Positions 1 to 13,912 are shown, numbered from the stretch's first letter. The stretch is 64,000 nucleotides of DNA from Welwitschia mirabilis (GCA_051453625.1 JBOZIK010000001.1:14023488-14087487), one strand, 5' to 3'. Translations and numbers: made by a program. Notes: a model not told the origin generated them from the letters alone.

Positions 1-1240
1 AGCAAAAAGATGGTTATCATTTGTCACAATCTAGTTAAGAAGCCAACCTTTGCATACAGATGTCCCCACTCAAAACAAAACAATTGTATTTGTGATAGGT
101 CTCTGGCCCTAATGTCCCCATTCAAATAGGGTGGATGTCCCCTATCCTTATAGGAATCATGATTAACAGGTCTCAAGTATGGATGTCCCCACTCCAAACA
201 AGCTAGACATCCCCCCTCCATTTAGATTTTTTCTAGTCTGTACCAGTGGTAGGTGTGGATGTCCATTTCCTTTCAGGGTAGACATCCTTACTCTCTTAGT
301 AGTGTAGACATTAGTAGTGTAGACATCTGCACTACTTAAGGATAGACGTCTACCTCCTTAAGAGTAAGAACATTCCAATTTCTTAAGGAGGATGTACCTC
401 CTTCGAATCATTGGAAAAACGATTCTATTCAGGTGATAGTGTGTGATTTTAAATGATTATTTTTTTCTAGTGCATCTTTTAATTACATTAGAAATATGAA
501 TTTGATTAAAATATCACATTGACATGCATTGGAATCATCATTTATGGCTGCCCTTTAATAACTATTTCTTCTTTCTTTATAAAAGGGGTAAAACATATTT
601 TGTTAAGGTTAATCAATTTTTATAGGTGAAATATTTGGCATATACAGTCTTGTGAAAAGAACTCAAATCTTATATTAGGTGATCTATTGGTGATTTGTAA
701 TCCTATCTTGTGTATTCATTTAAAGTAGTCCTAACACTATTGCATCTATGCTTGAGGCACATCTCATTATTCTTCTATTCTTTCTATGATTGACTATGAG
801 TCATTAAAAAACTTCAAATGTGAGAGGTTGATGATAAGGCTGAAAAATTATTACTATTTATGAAAGGTTGATGATAAGCATGAAAAATAATTATTGATGT
901 GTGTGAGATTGATGATAAGCATAGAAAATCATCATTGTTATTTATGAGGTTGATGAAAAACCTGAAAAATCATCACTATTGTAAGAGGAGTTGATGATCA
1001 GCTAGAAAATCACCAGTTCAAGAGTGATAAGGAATCAAGGAAGAGGAATCCTATCTTTCCTTGAAGAGTGAAGTAGGCATGTTCCGAACCACTATAAATC
1101 TTATGCATTAATTATTTTTCTATTTTCCAATTTTTTTTAAATTTAGTTTTTACTTGTAAAATTGTTTGATTTCATTTTAGAATCTAGTTTTAAATTTAAA
1201 ATTGATCATTATTCCTATTCACCACCCTCTAGAAATTTCA
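1..1240 (+). mobile_element. 3' portion of a Sirevirus-like (Ty1/copia SIRE) LTR; 3' LTR or solo LTR, 5' end outside window
   Basis: Ends in CCTATTCACCACCCTCTAG...TTTCA (1214-1240), matching the C-rich Sirevirus LTR terminus. Also has GTAGGC...CCGAACCACTATAAATC (~1074-1100), a TATA-like TATAAAAGGGG (~578), and clusters of palindromic repeats typical of SIRE LTRs. No PBS follows 1240. Confidence 0.65.
821..1020 (+). repeat. Five degenerate ~40-bp tandem units with an internal inverted repeat (TGATGAT...ATCATCA) inside the LTR
   Basis: Units start at ~821, 861, 902, 943 and 982; consensus approx. GAGGTTGATGATAAGCNTGAAAAATCATCAYT. Confidence 0.85.
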
Positions 1241-1245
1241 GTTTT

Positions 1246-1345
1246 ATATTTCCATTACCTTATTTGGCAATATATGAATTATCACTCCCATTACCTCATT
1301 TAATAATTTAACAATTTTCATATTCCACTACCTCATTTGATAATC
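1246..1345 (+). repeat. Three degenerate ~37-bp tandem units (core TCCATTACCTCATTT)
   Basis: TCCATTACCTTATTT, CCCATTACCTCATTT and TCCACTACCTCATTT recur at ~37-bp spacing. Confidence 0.7.
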
Positions 1346-3559
1346 TAAAGGAATTCTCATTTTCATAACAAGATTTGAAGTTTTAAAGATATTTCAAGAG
1401 TGGACAAGATTTACTTTTATAGGTTTATCTTTCAAGCATCGAGAATTTTCATAAGAAATAAGATTCATTTAAGAATAGTCTTTTAACATCTAGGATATAC
1501 TCATAAAAATATTTTAAATCAATAGAGATAACAATGACATTTTAGAAATGTATAATAATTCCAAGAAAACATAAATTTTAGTAAGGAAATAAGAGTATCT
1601 TTATATTATGAAATGATGCAAGAATATAGGATCATACAAATGATAATCAAATCACACTTGAAATGAAAGTAACAATCAAACCATATAAAATATATAAAAA
1701 ATGATAAAAATTATAAAAAATACAAGACTCAAGAAATAGATAGCATCATGTAAGATTTATAAAATAAATAAAACTATATAAGAAATAAAAATAAGTCTAA
1801 GATCATAAAACAATTAAGAGAATGCCCTAGGATCATAACCATGATGAAATTTTTCAAGTCTTAAAATTACTATGCCTAAGCTCCAAAGACTCTAAGATTT
1901 CTAAACACTTTAAAGTTTCCAAAGCTTTAAGGTAGAAGATCTCAAATATCTTTAGATTAGGATATCTTTAAAATAATAGGTTAAAGAGAAAACAAATCCT
2001 ATTTATAATGAGATAAAGAAATTAAAAAAATATTAAAAATTGCAATGGACATAGACAAATCATAACTCTTCATGAAAAATGGTTATGATTTCGGAACCCT
2101 TAATCATTACTTTGCTTGGCCACTAGCTATATTTAACATTTTATCATGATAATAGTAAATGCTTAACATGCCAAAAATCCTTTACCAATAATAAGTAATA
2201 AATAGTTATGAAAAAGATACCTTCATCATTACTACATAAGTTACATAAATTAACAAGTTCTTTGCATTTTTCCAAAGTAAGTATAAACAAGATAAATCTT
2301 AATTACAAAACATGCCACTACTTATCACTATTAAGAAAAGGAATCAAGATGAGACATTTAGTAAGTAATTTCAAAAGAAACATCAAGATAACATTTTGCC
2401 ACATGTAAATATTTATTATAATGAATACATGTTAACCACTAATAAAAGAAAATGCAACATTATAATTATGGGTGTTACACTAGGGTGTACTACTCAAATA
2501 AAATATTAAAATAAGCTAACATAATGCATCCTAATAATTATAGGCATTNNNNNNNNNNNNNNNNNNNNNNNNNNNNNNNNNNNNNNNNNNNNNNNNNNNN
2601 NNNNNNNNNNNNNNNNNNNNNNNNNNNNNNNNNNNNNNNNNNNNNNNNAATAAAATATTAAAATAAGCTAACATAATGCATCCTAATAAGTATAGCCATT
2701 ACAAGAACCTTTCATATGCACTAAAATGAGAAAATAATAAAATAAGGGAATATACTAACCATGGTACATTACATGCAGTAGTTACAAAAGGAAATAAAAT
2801 AGTATTTATATAACTACTGATTTAGCTACTAAAAGTATATCATTAAATAAATAAAAAAGACTACAAAAATAATATTATTAAATATAGCAGTTACAAGAAA
2901 AAAAGCATTTAAAATAATAATTGTAACAAAATAATATTTAACTAATAAAATATAAAATTATATCTCAAATGATAATAATTTACTAATAAATAAAAATAAA
3001 TCTAGAATATATTAATTAAATAAGCTTAGTAGTTCCCATTAAATAAAAATTATTTTTATTTAGTTTTATTTAACTATTTGGGCTAAATCCATAGAGCTTA
3101 AAAAATTTAGATATGACATAATCTCACATTATTCATAAAATATTTAAAAACTATAAATGCTATTAAATATGACTCTCTAGGACCTCGTCATAAAATTCTT
3201 AAGATAAAATAATAGTTGAAACTTTTAATTTTATATCACTTAATGATTTATTTGAGAGACATGTTATTAATATTTTATCATGATATATTTTCTTACTAAA
3301 CTTGCATTATCTCTTTAAAATTCATATATTTCTTAGGATAAATTAGTTTATTCTTATTGCATGAATGCTAAATATTTAAATTCAGATTGCTTTTTATTAA
3401 TTAAGCTCTCTGAAATCACTATGGTAAAGGAAGTTATTTATTAACATACTTCTATTTGTTATTATACTTTCTTAGTAGTTATTAGACATGCATTTTATTT
3501 TTAAGAAACTTAAGTATAAGATTGTTAAGCTACTTCAACTAGTTATTGATATTCATAAC

Positions 3560-6221
3560 TTTTCTTCCTTTCTTGGAACTAAGAGTAACATATTTCATGC
3601 ACATAGATTTGAATCATAGAAAGAAACTTTTATCCCTTAAATTTGGTTTTATTACCCATCAACAACAATTTATTTACTTTAATATTCTAAATTCTTATAA
3701 CTATTGCCATAGAAAAGGTTCTTTAAATAACCACTATCCATTCTTATAATGAAAAAAGTTTCCTAATAAACTTTCTAAGAGACAAACTAAGTAATCAAAT
3801 GTAGAAGATTTTAAAATGATGAAAACTAAGTATTTTACTAAAAACACTTTTGTTATTATAAAAACATCAAAGAATAACAATCAAACCTTTAATCAATTTT
3901 ATGTTTTTGTAGAAATTATGAGAATTAAGTGAAATCTAAATGCAACCTAATGGTTGATTTATTTAAATATACAGGAATTTTATCCCCACATGTGTATAAT
4001 TGTATATTCTTAGAAAGTCCAAGGGCTTATAGATAGCCTTTAAAGATTAATAGTTTAGGATTTCACTTTGCAACCCCCAATCTTTTAATGTTATGTTATT
4101 ACAAAAAGTTAAAATATCTAAAGAATAAATAAATTTTCTTATAAAGTTATATATTAAAATAGTGTTATGTTTACAACAACATTTATAAAAAATATTATAG
4201 AATTATAAGTGGTCCTATCATTCTTTATTCACATTAACACTCTAAAGTAGTTCAAAATGTTCATAGTTCTTAGAAGAGATGCAATTGGATGCCTCTTTCT
4301 TTTCCTTATGAAATTATTGAGATCTAATCCATTTATTCTCCAAATAACCCTTTTTAGATGGTCTTCTAATGGTTATAGCTAGCATTTACCTATTCTATTC
4401 CAAATGTTTCTTGGATTATTGGATCTATTTATTCTTTTATAACTCTCTTAAGAGCTAGTTGAAGAATAAGTTTTCCCACCAAAGTGGCTAAAAAGTTTTA
4501 TTTTAATTCTTTAAATTTTGGAATATCTTATTGCACTATTTATGTGTCTTCTTGTGCTAGTCTTATTACTAATGTTAATACATACCTTTTTCCCTTTTCT
4601 TCATAAAGAGAGAAGTCTTTGTATTCTTTGTCTTTTACTTATTGCATCTTAAATGATTTACTATTTTTGATGTTAGAATGGATTTTTTGAACTGCATCAT
4701 GCTTGCTTTGCATATCACATTTCTAGGCTTGATATACAAAATGTGGCATGCATCCATTGATACTACATTACATAACACTTTGTCATGATAATGACTCATA
4801 TTAAAGCATAGTAAACATTTCTTCACTATTACACAACAATCCTTTTAAACTCATAATACCTTATATGATGCAGGACATGGCTTTATCTCTAAGCCTTCTC
4901 TTTTCACAATTTTTATGGAAATAAAGTTATCAAAGATTTTATTATTTATAATAAATTTATAGAGTTTGTCATTGTATCTACATCTTTTTATAAATATTTT
5001 TCTCCTTTGGAACAATGCTTCTTGCTTATTTTTCTCTTGTATTAAAATATTTTTTTACTAATAATTTATTTTCCTCTTCTATTTTTTTTTACTTCTTCTT
5101 TTATTTTTATCATTTTCCCTCTTTATATTATTAAAACATCATATCTCTAGAGTTTCCTTTTATTTATAAGGATAATAATAGGATTTTCATTTCCTTGTTT
5201 CACAAATGAAGTAAATAGAAGTGCTTTCCTTACCTACACCTCTTTTATTATTCTTTTTCCACTTAAGAAATAAGCTTCGTTTTTTATTGTTTTTCTTTTC
5301 TTTTGGTTCTCTTATATGTATACATCTTCCATATCTTATTTTCCTTTTTTTTGGTTAATTATTTTCTCTTTTTCTTTGACTCTTGAAGCATAAATATATG
5401 CTTTCCTTGAAGTTATACAAGTGGACATACCCATTTCTTATGAGATGAAGAATTATAGTCCATTAATAAACATTGTAATTTCTTCTTCCATAACTTTAAT
5501 GTTGTTAGTAAAATTCTTTCATTTATTCTTTGATAGTCTCATCTTTTTACTTCAAAGTGTGCATCCTTTTGATTGGATCACTTTTATATGTTAAAATGAA
5601 AAATTTCCTTTCACTTTTTTAAACATTTTTCAAATATTGTATTGAACACAGCTTCCCCTTCCCCCACCCCCAAATCAAAGGGCTAGCATTCCTTTTAATT
5701 TTTCATTTGCACATGGAACTTTATTTACTTCTTCCACATTCTCTTGGTAAGAATACTTCTCTATACATCTGATCTAAGATAAAATCATAAAATGTAGCTC
5801 CATAATGATGTTCTTATTAAATATTCCTAAGAATTTCACGATCTCTATTTATATCCTTTAAAAACTTTTAAGCAATATTCTTGTAACANNNNNNNNNNTA
5901 TCTTGTTCTTCAGTTTCATCTTCCTAATTATTGTGATAATGTACTGGATTATCAAATATCTCTAAAATCTCTTTAATATTTATCTTCCTTGTCATTCTCT
6001 TCTTTAAACCTAACATGATCTCATTCTTCTACTCTTATGTTCTCATTATTTTATTAAATGTGATTATAGTGATCCTCTTAACTGCATTTTTTGAGATCTT
6101 AAAACCTTATCTTATCATCTTTTAGTAAAAATGTTTACAATAATTACTTAAATTATTATGTTACTACTCCTTACTAATACCTTTTAGAAATCTTAAAATT
6201 TTAACCTTGGTTGTGATATCA
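3560..6221 (-). mobile_element. Highly degenerate Ty3/gypsy chromovirus (CRM-like) gag-protease-RT-RNase H remnant
   Basis: ORF 4635-4826 reads 'YHDKVLCNVVSMDACHILYIKP', matching the CRM protease motif 'YKDEVLCDVVPMDACHILLGRPW'. Upstream are 'QRRKIF' and 'GLEIKPCPASYK'. Gag-like 'KLKG..' and 'IEIVKFLG' occur at ~5690-5860, and RNase H/tether-like 'RKFIR' and 'KEPFLW' at ~3700-3780. A degraded tRNA-Met PBS (minus-strand TGATATCACAAC vs TGGTATCAGAGC) lies at 6210-6221. Confidence 0.7.
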
Positions 6222-7203
6222 ATCTCATGTAGCATGTAGTAGAAAATGAAACACAACTAAGAAAATAGAAAGAAGATGATTGTAAAAGAGAGGAATTTAT
6301 ACTAAGAAGGAGAAGCCAAATTTATTTTATTTCTAAATGTATAATTTCTAACTTCTAATTTCTAGTTTTTCATATACTAAATGGATATTTATATTAAAAT
6401 CATAATTAAAAAAAATTATAAATGGGAAGAATGAGATTATTTTTTAGAGACCTAAGAATAAACCCATGCTTTATTCTTTTTTTTAATCCTTTTTTTAGTA
6501 TTCTTTAGAACTTCTTATCCTCTTTGAAATTATAGCTTAAAATTCTTCATTTAATTTTAACTTTTCATTTTTCCTTATATTAGGTAATAAGGTTAAAATA
6601 TAATTAGCTCCTCAAACCTCTAATGAGAACTCATGATTTGAAAAACTATGCAAAAGAAGACACTCCATTTATGAAGCTTAGGTTAAGTTGTAGCCTAGTA
6701 TAAGCACCTTTGTAATATTTAATTTTACTTTAAACTATTTTACTTTATTAGTATTTATTTCATTAATGGTTGTAGCATTAGAATATTCATATCCTATTTT
6801 TGGAAGAATGGCATTCTCTTACTTTTAATTTGGATTTACTATACTATGAATATAATACTTCATCTAAGAATTCAAAATAAAAAAGACTAAAAAGTAATCA
6901 GAATATGAACTTTGAAAATAAAAAATTAAAAACTTATTACATTAACTATCAAATTCATCGTCATATACCCACATCTAAAATACATAATAGAATGGTATAA
7001 CTAAGATAAAAAATAAATATCTGCAAAGGATGAAGAAATTATGTTGAATTATATAAATACATTAAGATATCTATGGATAAAAAACATTAGCACTATATGA
7101 ATATAAATATTAACCTCATACATCATCTTACTAATTGATTATATAATAGATAATTTACTAATAAAACTCCATATGAGCTATCACAAAATAGGAAATCAAA
7201 TGT

Positions 7204-7404
7204 CTTAATGGATTATCTTAGTGATGAAGCTAGGACACCCTAAACCTAGGGGTCTTAGGTTTAATCCCTCATCCTAATGGAGGAGAATAGTTGAAAATTT
7301 TGCATAAGCCCAAGTGCTACTAGGGCTGGGTAGGTGTGTGTAAGAGACAAGCTACCTACTTGATCATTACCCCTTAAATGAGAGGGGAAAAACCAAAATA
7401 TTAA
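7204..7404 (+). mobile_element. Candidate tRNA-derived SINE with 12-bp target-site duplication
   Basis: GAAATCAAATGT is present at both 7192-7203 and 7405-7416. The 5' part has an A-box-like TATCTTAGTGATG (~7214) and a B-box-like GGTTTAATCCC (~7258). The ~200-bp body is GC-richer than the flanks and has an A-rich 3' end. Confidence 0.7.
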
Positions 7405-10400
7405 GAAATCAAATGTTACATACTTCAATGTCTTTAAAATCATTAATCCTATTTTAAGAAATACATAGACTTTATGAATATAAACATTAATCCAAATTAA
7501 ACTAGCATTAAAAGTATAGGACATGGAGTCCAAATGAGAAGGACTATTTAGAATTTGTATTTTTATCTCTTTCAATTTTATAAATTAAGCCTGGATGGTA
7601 AGAACCAATTATAGCTAGATATTTATAGTTTTAGCCTTGTAAAAATTTATAAATATCATAGTTAATAACCATTTTTCATAGTAAAGTCCATCATATTCAT
7701 TATTCAAGAATTATCATAATGAACTAATATTTAACTTGCTTATGTAGGTGGAATGATATTATTTAATCTAAAATTAAAGGAATCTAAAATTAAAGGTGTA
7801 GTTCATAATATAATTAGCATGTACTTAAACCAATATCATTACTTGTCTTTTAGAGAAAAATGGGCCTTACAAACATAAGAATAAATATCAAGTTTTTAAT
7901 ATTAATTTTTTAACCAATAAAATATATTTAAAGTCATTAAAATAAATAAAAACTAGAAAATAAGCTACGAGGGTAGACTTCACTAATATTCATAGTAAAA
8001 AACCTTACTTTTATGTAGATTTTCTACATGCTAAAATTATTAATCTAGTATAAATTAAGTGTTAAAAATTCCAACCATCCTTCTAGAAAAGATAAATAAT
8101 TCCCTAGGCTTAAGATCATCTAATATGTATTTCATTTCATTTCATATTATTACATGATTTGTATTTTTTTTTTATATTCTTAACTCCATTTCTATATCAA
8201 TTAATCATGTTATGACTTCTATAATCTAATAAAATCTTGTTTTATAATGAGTTTTTAAACCCTTCCTTTTCTTCCCTAAACATGAGGAAGTGTTTATTTT
8301 ATGAAGGAATTTTATCGTTAACTAAAGGGATATCTTTTACTTAATTATTATTTTTTATTAATTCATATTTCTAGATAATGTGATTTGATTGTTGGTTGCA
8401 TTTGCATTTATCCTTCATTCATTGGTGATACTTTTTAATTCTTATTATTTAAATTTAAATCCTTTAATCCTTTAGTGGGTTTAATAGGTAAAGATGATTC
8501 ATATATAAAATAGATATATATTTCACATGATTTTTATCTCTTACATCTCCTTCTTAGATGAGCCATCTCAAAGTCGTGGTGATATATTAATATTATAAGT
8601 TCTTTTACTTGTCTTAATAAGATTTAAAAGCTATGGTAATGATCCATTAATTGCCCACTGATGAATCTTTTAAAAAAGCCAATTGTATTAACCAAATTTG
8701 GTATTTTTAGTTTATACAATTAACACGGAATTAATTAGCTTAAAAAATAAAGGAATGTATTAATTTAATAAGGAAAATTCTTATAATTAATTAAATTTTA
8801 AACATATTATAATTTTTTAAAAGCTTTTATTGTGTGGTTATCATCCAAATGGTAAGATTAATAACATGTTTTTTGTTTGAGTTATGATGTAGATGAAATT
8901 AAAATGATTGAGGTAGCTAGTTAGTAATTAACATAACATCTAGGAGTTAATCCTTTGTTCTTTTACTAATCACTTTATTTTTCATCATGTGGTCTATATA
9001 ATATTTAAAATTATATGGGCTAAAACTTTAGTTACTAAGGTTATAATAACAATAAGAATAAAGACAATAATAATAAATGGAAAACTCTTAATCATTTATA
9101 AAGTTTAGACTAGAATTTATTAAATTAGGGTAAATATGATTATGGGAGAAACTCTAAAACTAGATATAGATCTATAGTAGTAGTTGTTGTTACTACTTAG
9201 ATATAGATCTAAGAGTTATTATAGGTTATGATACTACCATATTATCTCTATCACTATCATTGTATTATTATGTTATCAGAATAAAGATTATTGTTTCCTT
9301 TTTATATATTTTTCTTTATTTTTATTCTTTCTCTTCTTTACCTACTTAGTTTAACATAATAACATCAACTAGTTTTCTACTTAATAACATGATTAAAACA
9401 CTTCTATATTATATTTTTAAATAATTTTACTAATTTTATGAATGTTTAATAAAATAAAACTATTGAAAGTTTTTGAAACATTTTCTTTATGCAACTTCTT
9501 GAATCCTAACTCTATTTAAAGCCTAATCTCAATTATGAAATTATCTTTATTAAATTTAAGAATTGATAATTTTTTATTCGAAAATATCCTTCAATGTTAT
9601 TATAAGTATTCATTTTGAAGTGAGAAATGAATGCTTATAATCATTTATTACTTTAAAATTTTATTATAATAATAAAATTCATACTTCCCCATCACTTACT
9701 TATATGAATTATTATTTTTCATTACAATCAATTATTTTATGTTTCTAGATTTTGTGGTTATGGGTATAGCCATTGATTTTGTCTTAATATCTTACATTAA
9801 TATTAGATTAACCTTTCATGTTATTACTATAATCTAATTTGTAATTTTTTACTTTTATTAGTTTAATATTTTATGGTACTTTTTCACTAAATTATATTGA
9901 ATTTCATAGTTTGATCTTAAAATTTGCAATATTTTCGGTGTTCTTACTAGGAAAAGAACTAGGTCTTATTTAGATAGAATAAAAATTATAAATTTTTAAA
10001 ATAGATAAAGCATTTATTTAAATTTTAAAACATAATTTTATGTAACTTTGTAAATTTTTAACAATGGAAATTAGGATATGAATCTTTCAATTTGACTTAA
10101 ATTAGGACTNNNNNNNNNNNNNNNNNNNNNNNNNNNNNNNNNNNNNNNNNNNNNNNNNNNNNNNNNNNNNNNNNNNNNNNNNNNNNNNNNNNNNNNNNNN
10201 NNNNNNNNNCTTGAATTAGGACTAGATCTCTGTCTTACACTTAGTTTGTCTTCATGATTTTTTAATATTGTGTTCATGTTTTTTAATACTTTTATAAGAA
10301 TAGAATAATAGATTTTTAGATGTTCTTACATGATAAGAAGAGAGAAAATTAAAGCAAGATTGATCAAGAAGAACACAAAAGAGTGTTTAGGTTATTTTAG

Positions 10401-10604
10401 GTGTAAGATATAAAAGAAATTTAAGAGAGCATCTAAAAGTTAAGCAAATCCTCAAATAGCTATTTCTCTTTCATCCTTTGATCACTTTTATAAATCTTCT
10501 TCTTAACATTTTCTTCTTACTCTCTTATTCTTAGAGACTATTCATCACTTCCTGCTTATGTAGAATTATTTATTCTTAAAGGAAGAGGATTAACTAATTT
10601 TCAT

Positions 10605-10652
10605 TACATGTTGGAAAAAATTAAATCATACATGTTGGAAAAAATTAAATCA
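10605..10652 (+). repeat. Perfect 24-bp tandem duplication (TACATGTTGGAAAAAATTAAATCA x2)
   Basis: Two identical adjacent copies, 10605-10628 and 10629-10652. Confidence 0.9.
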
Positions 10653-10979
10653 TACTTTTAACTTATTATACTCTCTTCATAGTCATTCACTTACCTTTAT
10701 TAGATCTAAGATCATGCATAATTTACTTTCTTACAATCTTTTCAACATTTACTCATCATTAAGAGATGATCTAAATTAAATAAGAAATGTCATTAATAAT
10801 CCCCTTAACTTAATTATAGGGGATGGAATAGGGTTAAAAAGTATTTAAGCATTTTTTTAAGTTTCATAATGAATATCATAAATATTATTACAACAACATC
10901 TTTAATTTTGAATAAATTGTTTAAACATTTAGCAAGACATTAAGTGAAAGAAATTGATTAAGAATTTTTCTTTTACATG

Positions 10980-12480
10980 AAAAAGACAATATTTGATTTT
11001 AATTCTTATTGGAGAAGAATATCTTTAGGTGGAAAAATATTTTTACAATTATATTAGGAAATTAATGTTAAATTTGAATGTGAACTCTCTAGAAAGAGGA
11101 TTTTTTTCACTATAAACATAAATTAGCTAAGAATTATATCAATGCATTTGATTGATATTCCATTACTATTGCTATGAATCCTTAAGAAAAATTTAACCAA
11201 TACCAAATTATGTCATTTTTTCATACTATGTTATATTCATATATTAGACAATGTTGTAATAATATAATCTTGTGATTAGTAATTTAGCCAATCAATGTTT
11301 TATAAATAATGTTCTATCAGCATTAAGAGACATAACAATTTTAAAGACTTATTTATGTGATGTAAATGAGAGAATCATTAGGGCGTTAAAATACAAATTA
11401 AAGTGAAGATAAAATTCCCAAGTTAGAGAAGTTCTAAGGACAAAACTTTTGCAAGTTTTATGATCTTTTACATGATCACTTATAATCTTAAGTTTTATTA
11501 CTATATTACGAATGAATTCATTAAAGATTATATTCCATTTACATATCATTTATTAATTATTATTTAATCATTAATTTTTTAATTTAGTATCCTTAAAATA
11601 TTTATTATTTTATAACACAAACTCTAAAGGCATATATAAATACTATAATTCATTGGAAATAATCTAGTTAAAAAAATGTTTATTATGATTACAAAATAAA
11701 CATTGATATTTCACTACATAGACAATTAAACAAGTAACTAGTCTACTTTGGAGATCATAAAGTGGTATTAAATGATAATGGAAAATAAATATAGTTTTGT
11801 GGCCATAATTGAATAAATAAAATAAGAATGATAAAATATAATAAAATTAAAATATAAATAAGGGATATGTAACCCTAAATCATGGAAGAAGAAACATTTG
11901 TTATGTCCTTGATGCATGTCACCACTAGAGCTACCCAAGGAAATACTTATAAAATGGAAGAGAAAAAAGAGAAAATATATAGATTTAAATTCTTATTAGA
12001 AAGGAATAATTATGACATAAAAATAAAAAATAAGAGTTTAATTTTAAAAAACAAATTTGACATTTTAAGAATTCCTAACAATTGGAAGAATATGAATTAA
12101 AATATGCATGAATTTAACTAATGTATTAGGAAATAGAACTAAAAAGTATTACCAATACATTATATTACTTCTCATAATTAAAATTATCATCAAATAAGTT
12201 TAAGGCATGAATTTTAAAACCATGTCAAAATATTACAAAAAGTATTTAAGAAACTTAATGTAATAAATGAATAATTAATAAATACTGATAACCACAAACA
12301 AGATTTACTACCATCCATCATAGTATTCAAATTAGTATAAGAACATGCTTATGAATTTAAGGATAATATTAAATAAAAATAATTTAAATTATTATTTTAT
12401 TTCTTCAAATGAAACTATCAAATAAGATTATTAGAACTAGAACCCAAATATTTAAGAACTGAAATTATTCTTGTTTGTGT
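10980..12480 (+). pseudogene. Possible very degenerate hAT (Ac/RICESLEEPER-like) transposase remnant
   Basis: Weak motifs in the expected order: 'ILDN' (~11240; cf. TLDNA), 'HVTTRATQGNTYKMEE' (ORF 11882-12100; cf. DVPTRWNSTYxML), 'IPNNWKN' (cf. PSxxxW), 'LEPKY' (~12437; cf. LDPRYK). Confidence 0.35.
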
Positions 12481-12577
12481 TAATACGAATAATGATTAAT
12501 GGTAACTAGTTAATAATAAATTCAAATTGAAATAGAAAAATAGGAAAATGGTATAGAATAGTCACAACATCAATAAC

Positions 12578-13906
12578 TATTAACATGTAAAAATAGTAAT
12601 TTATCTTAGAAATTTTAGATCAAATTATTATTAGTACAGACATTAATTTAACCATTTTAATCATAAAAACATGTTTTCTATTTTTTTGATGTCATATTTA
12701 AACTTATACATTTTTCAATGACATTTTTGGGTCCTTAGCATATTTTTAAGCATGATCTATAATATGTAGCTAATTTGATAGAAAACATTATTCATGCTAA
12801 TTTATAGTAGTAATAATCACTTAAGGAGGATTGATGTGAAACTTATAGCTTTAATCTCTAATGGATAAGCAAGTCCTTTCTATTTGTGAACCTTCTTATT
12901 TTCTACAATAAAATATGCTATTATCTTTAGCTATAGGATCACAAATTCTACACAAAACGATGATAGCATTAAACACATGTGGTGATGACACTGGTTGATG
13001 GAAGAATCCTATTGTAAAGATCATGTATTAGACTCATCATGGTAATCACTTCATCAAATGCTAATAGATGGAATCTAAGCCACCCCATTAAATACTGAAA
13101 GATAGAGAATTTCAACCATTCTGAACCTAGAGTTCCCTATAAAAATGGATAAGTGCCTCATTTGTAATAATATTTAACATATGGGATAATTTATCCTTAA
13201 AGCAAGAAATTCTTTCAACATGTCTTATTGATTTTTCATTTTGGAAATGGACTAGCCTTTAGGATAGATTGATGGCTTTTTGTTAAGATTTAGTTTTTAT
13301 TCATTAGTTTAATATATAATCCATTTATGATAATAAATATAGTAGTTTTTGTTTCTTTATTTTAAGTTGTGACTTAGTTCATACTTTCTATAGTTGATAT
13401 GATACTATATTATTGCTAAGTTATTTATATATCTAAGTAAATCCTTCTCTTGTTCATATTCTAGTACATAGTTTGATTCTATTTAATGGTTCTTGGGATA
13501 CATTTCTTACTTATTATACTTATGAACAAACTATGATGAACCAAAATTATAGACGGATCTCCTTACAACTCATGTGGTGAATGAGATAATATCAATATAA
13601 TTCAAGCCATAATGAACTTGAGACGTTTAGGACTTGAGGTGAAACTTATAATATATCTTTAAATGAAATTATTTTATTTATTAAGATATTAATCTAGCTC
13701 TTGAGTGCTAAGCATATTTCCAAACTTTCATTTATGAAACTCTTCTTTAAGCACTATTGAATTAAAGTTTCTTAAATCTTTTTGCTAGTTTAGTATATGT
13801 TATTTTGCTATTTTCTATTATAATTATTCATAAGAAGAGAATGCCATTGGGTTCTTTTTTATAATAAATGACCTAATTTTTATTTCTAAAATCTTAACCT
13901 CAAATA
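12578..13906 (+). repeat. 5' LTR of outer Athila-like element
   Basis: Starts TATTAACATGTAAAA (cf. TGTTAATATGTAAAA at 21821). Colinear with the split 3' LTR, e.g. GGCTCATCATGATAATCACTT and ATGGTTCTTGGGATACAT blocks. TATA-like CCTATAAAAA at ~13136. Confidence 0.85.
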
Positions 13907-13912
13907 GCATTT

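Noticed and set aside
821..1020. Regularly spaced palindromic repeats resembling a CRISPR array
   Set aside because: Units are adjacent and degenerate with no unique spacers, lie inside a plant LTR, and no cas genes are present.
1400..2478. Tekay/Del-type LTR ending in GGGTGTTACA
   Set aside because: Only the short terminal motif is visible; no partner LTR, PBS or coding motif to define it.
2489..3100. TACTACTCAAA (also at 56724) as a mutated CACTA terminal inverted repeat with subterminal repeats
   Set aside because: No matching opposite terminus or 3-bp TSD could be identified; too weak in AT-rich DNA.
7210..7272. tRNA gene
   Set aside because: A/B boxes are degraded, no convincing cloverleaf, and it continues into a ~130-bp body bounded by a TSD, which fits a SINE better.
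7261..7575. 104-aa minus-strand ORF as a host gene
   Set aside because: Non-ATG start, no domain similarity, and it spans the SINE boundary; likely a chance ORF.
9160..9212. Imperfect hairpin with repeated TAGATATAGATCTA as a MITE or miRNA
   Set aside because: Short, imperfect, low-complexity and without a TSD.
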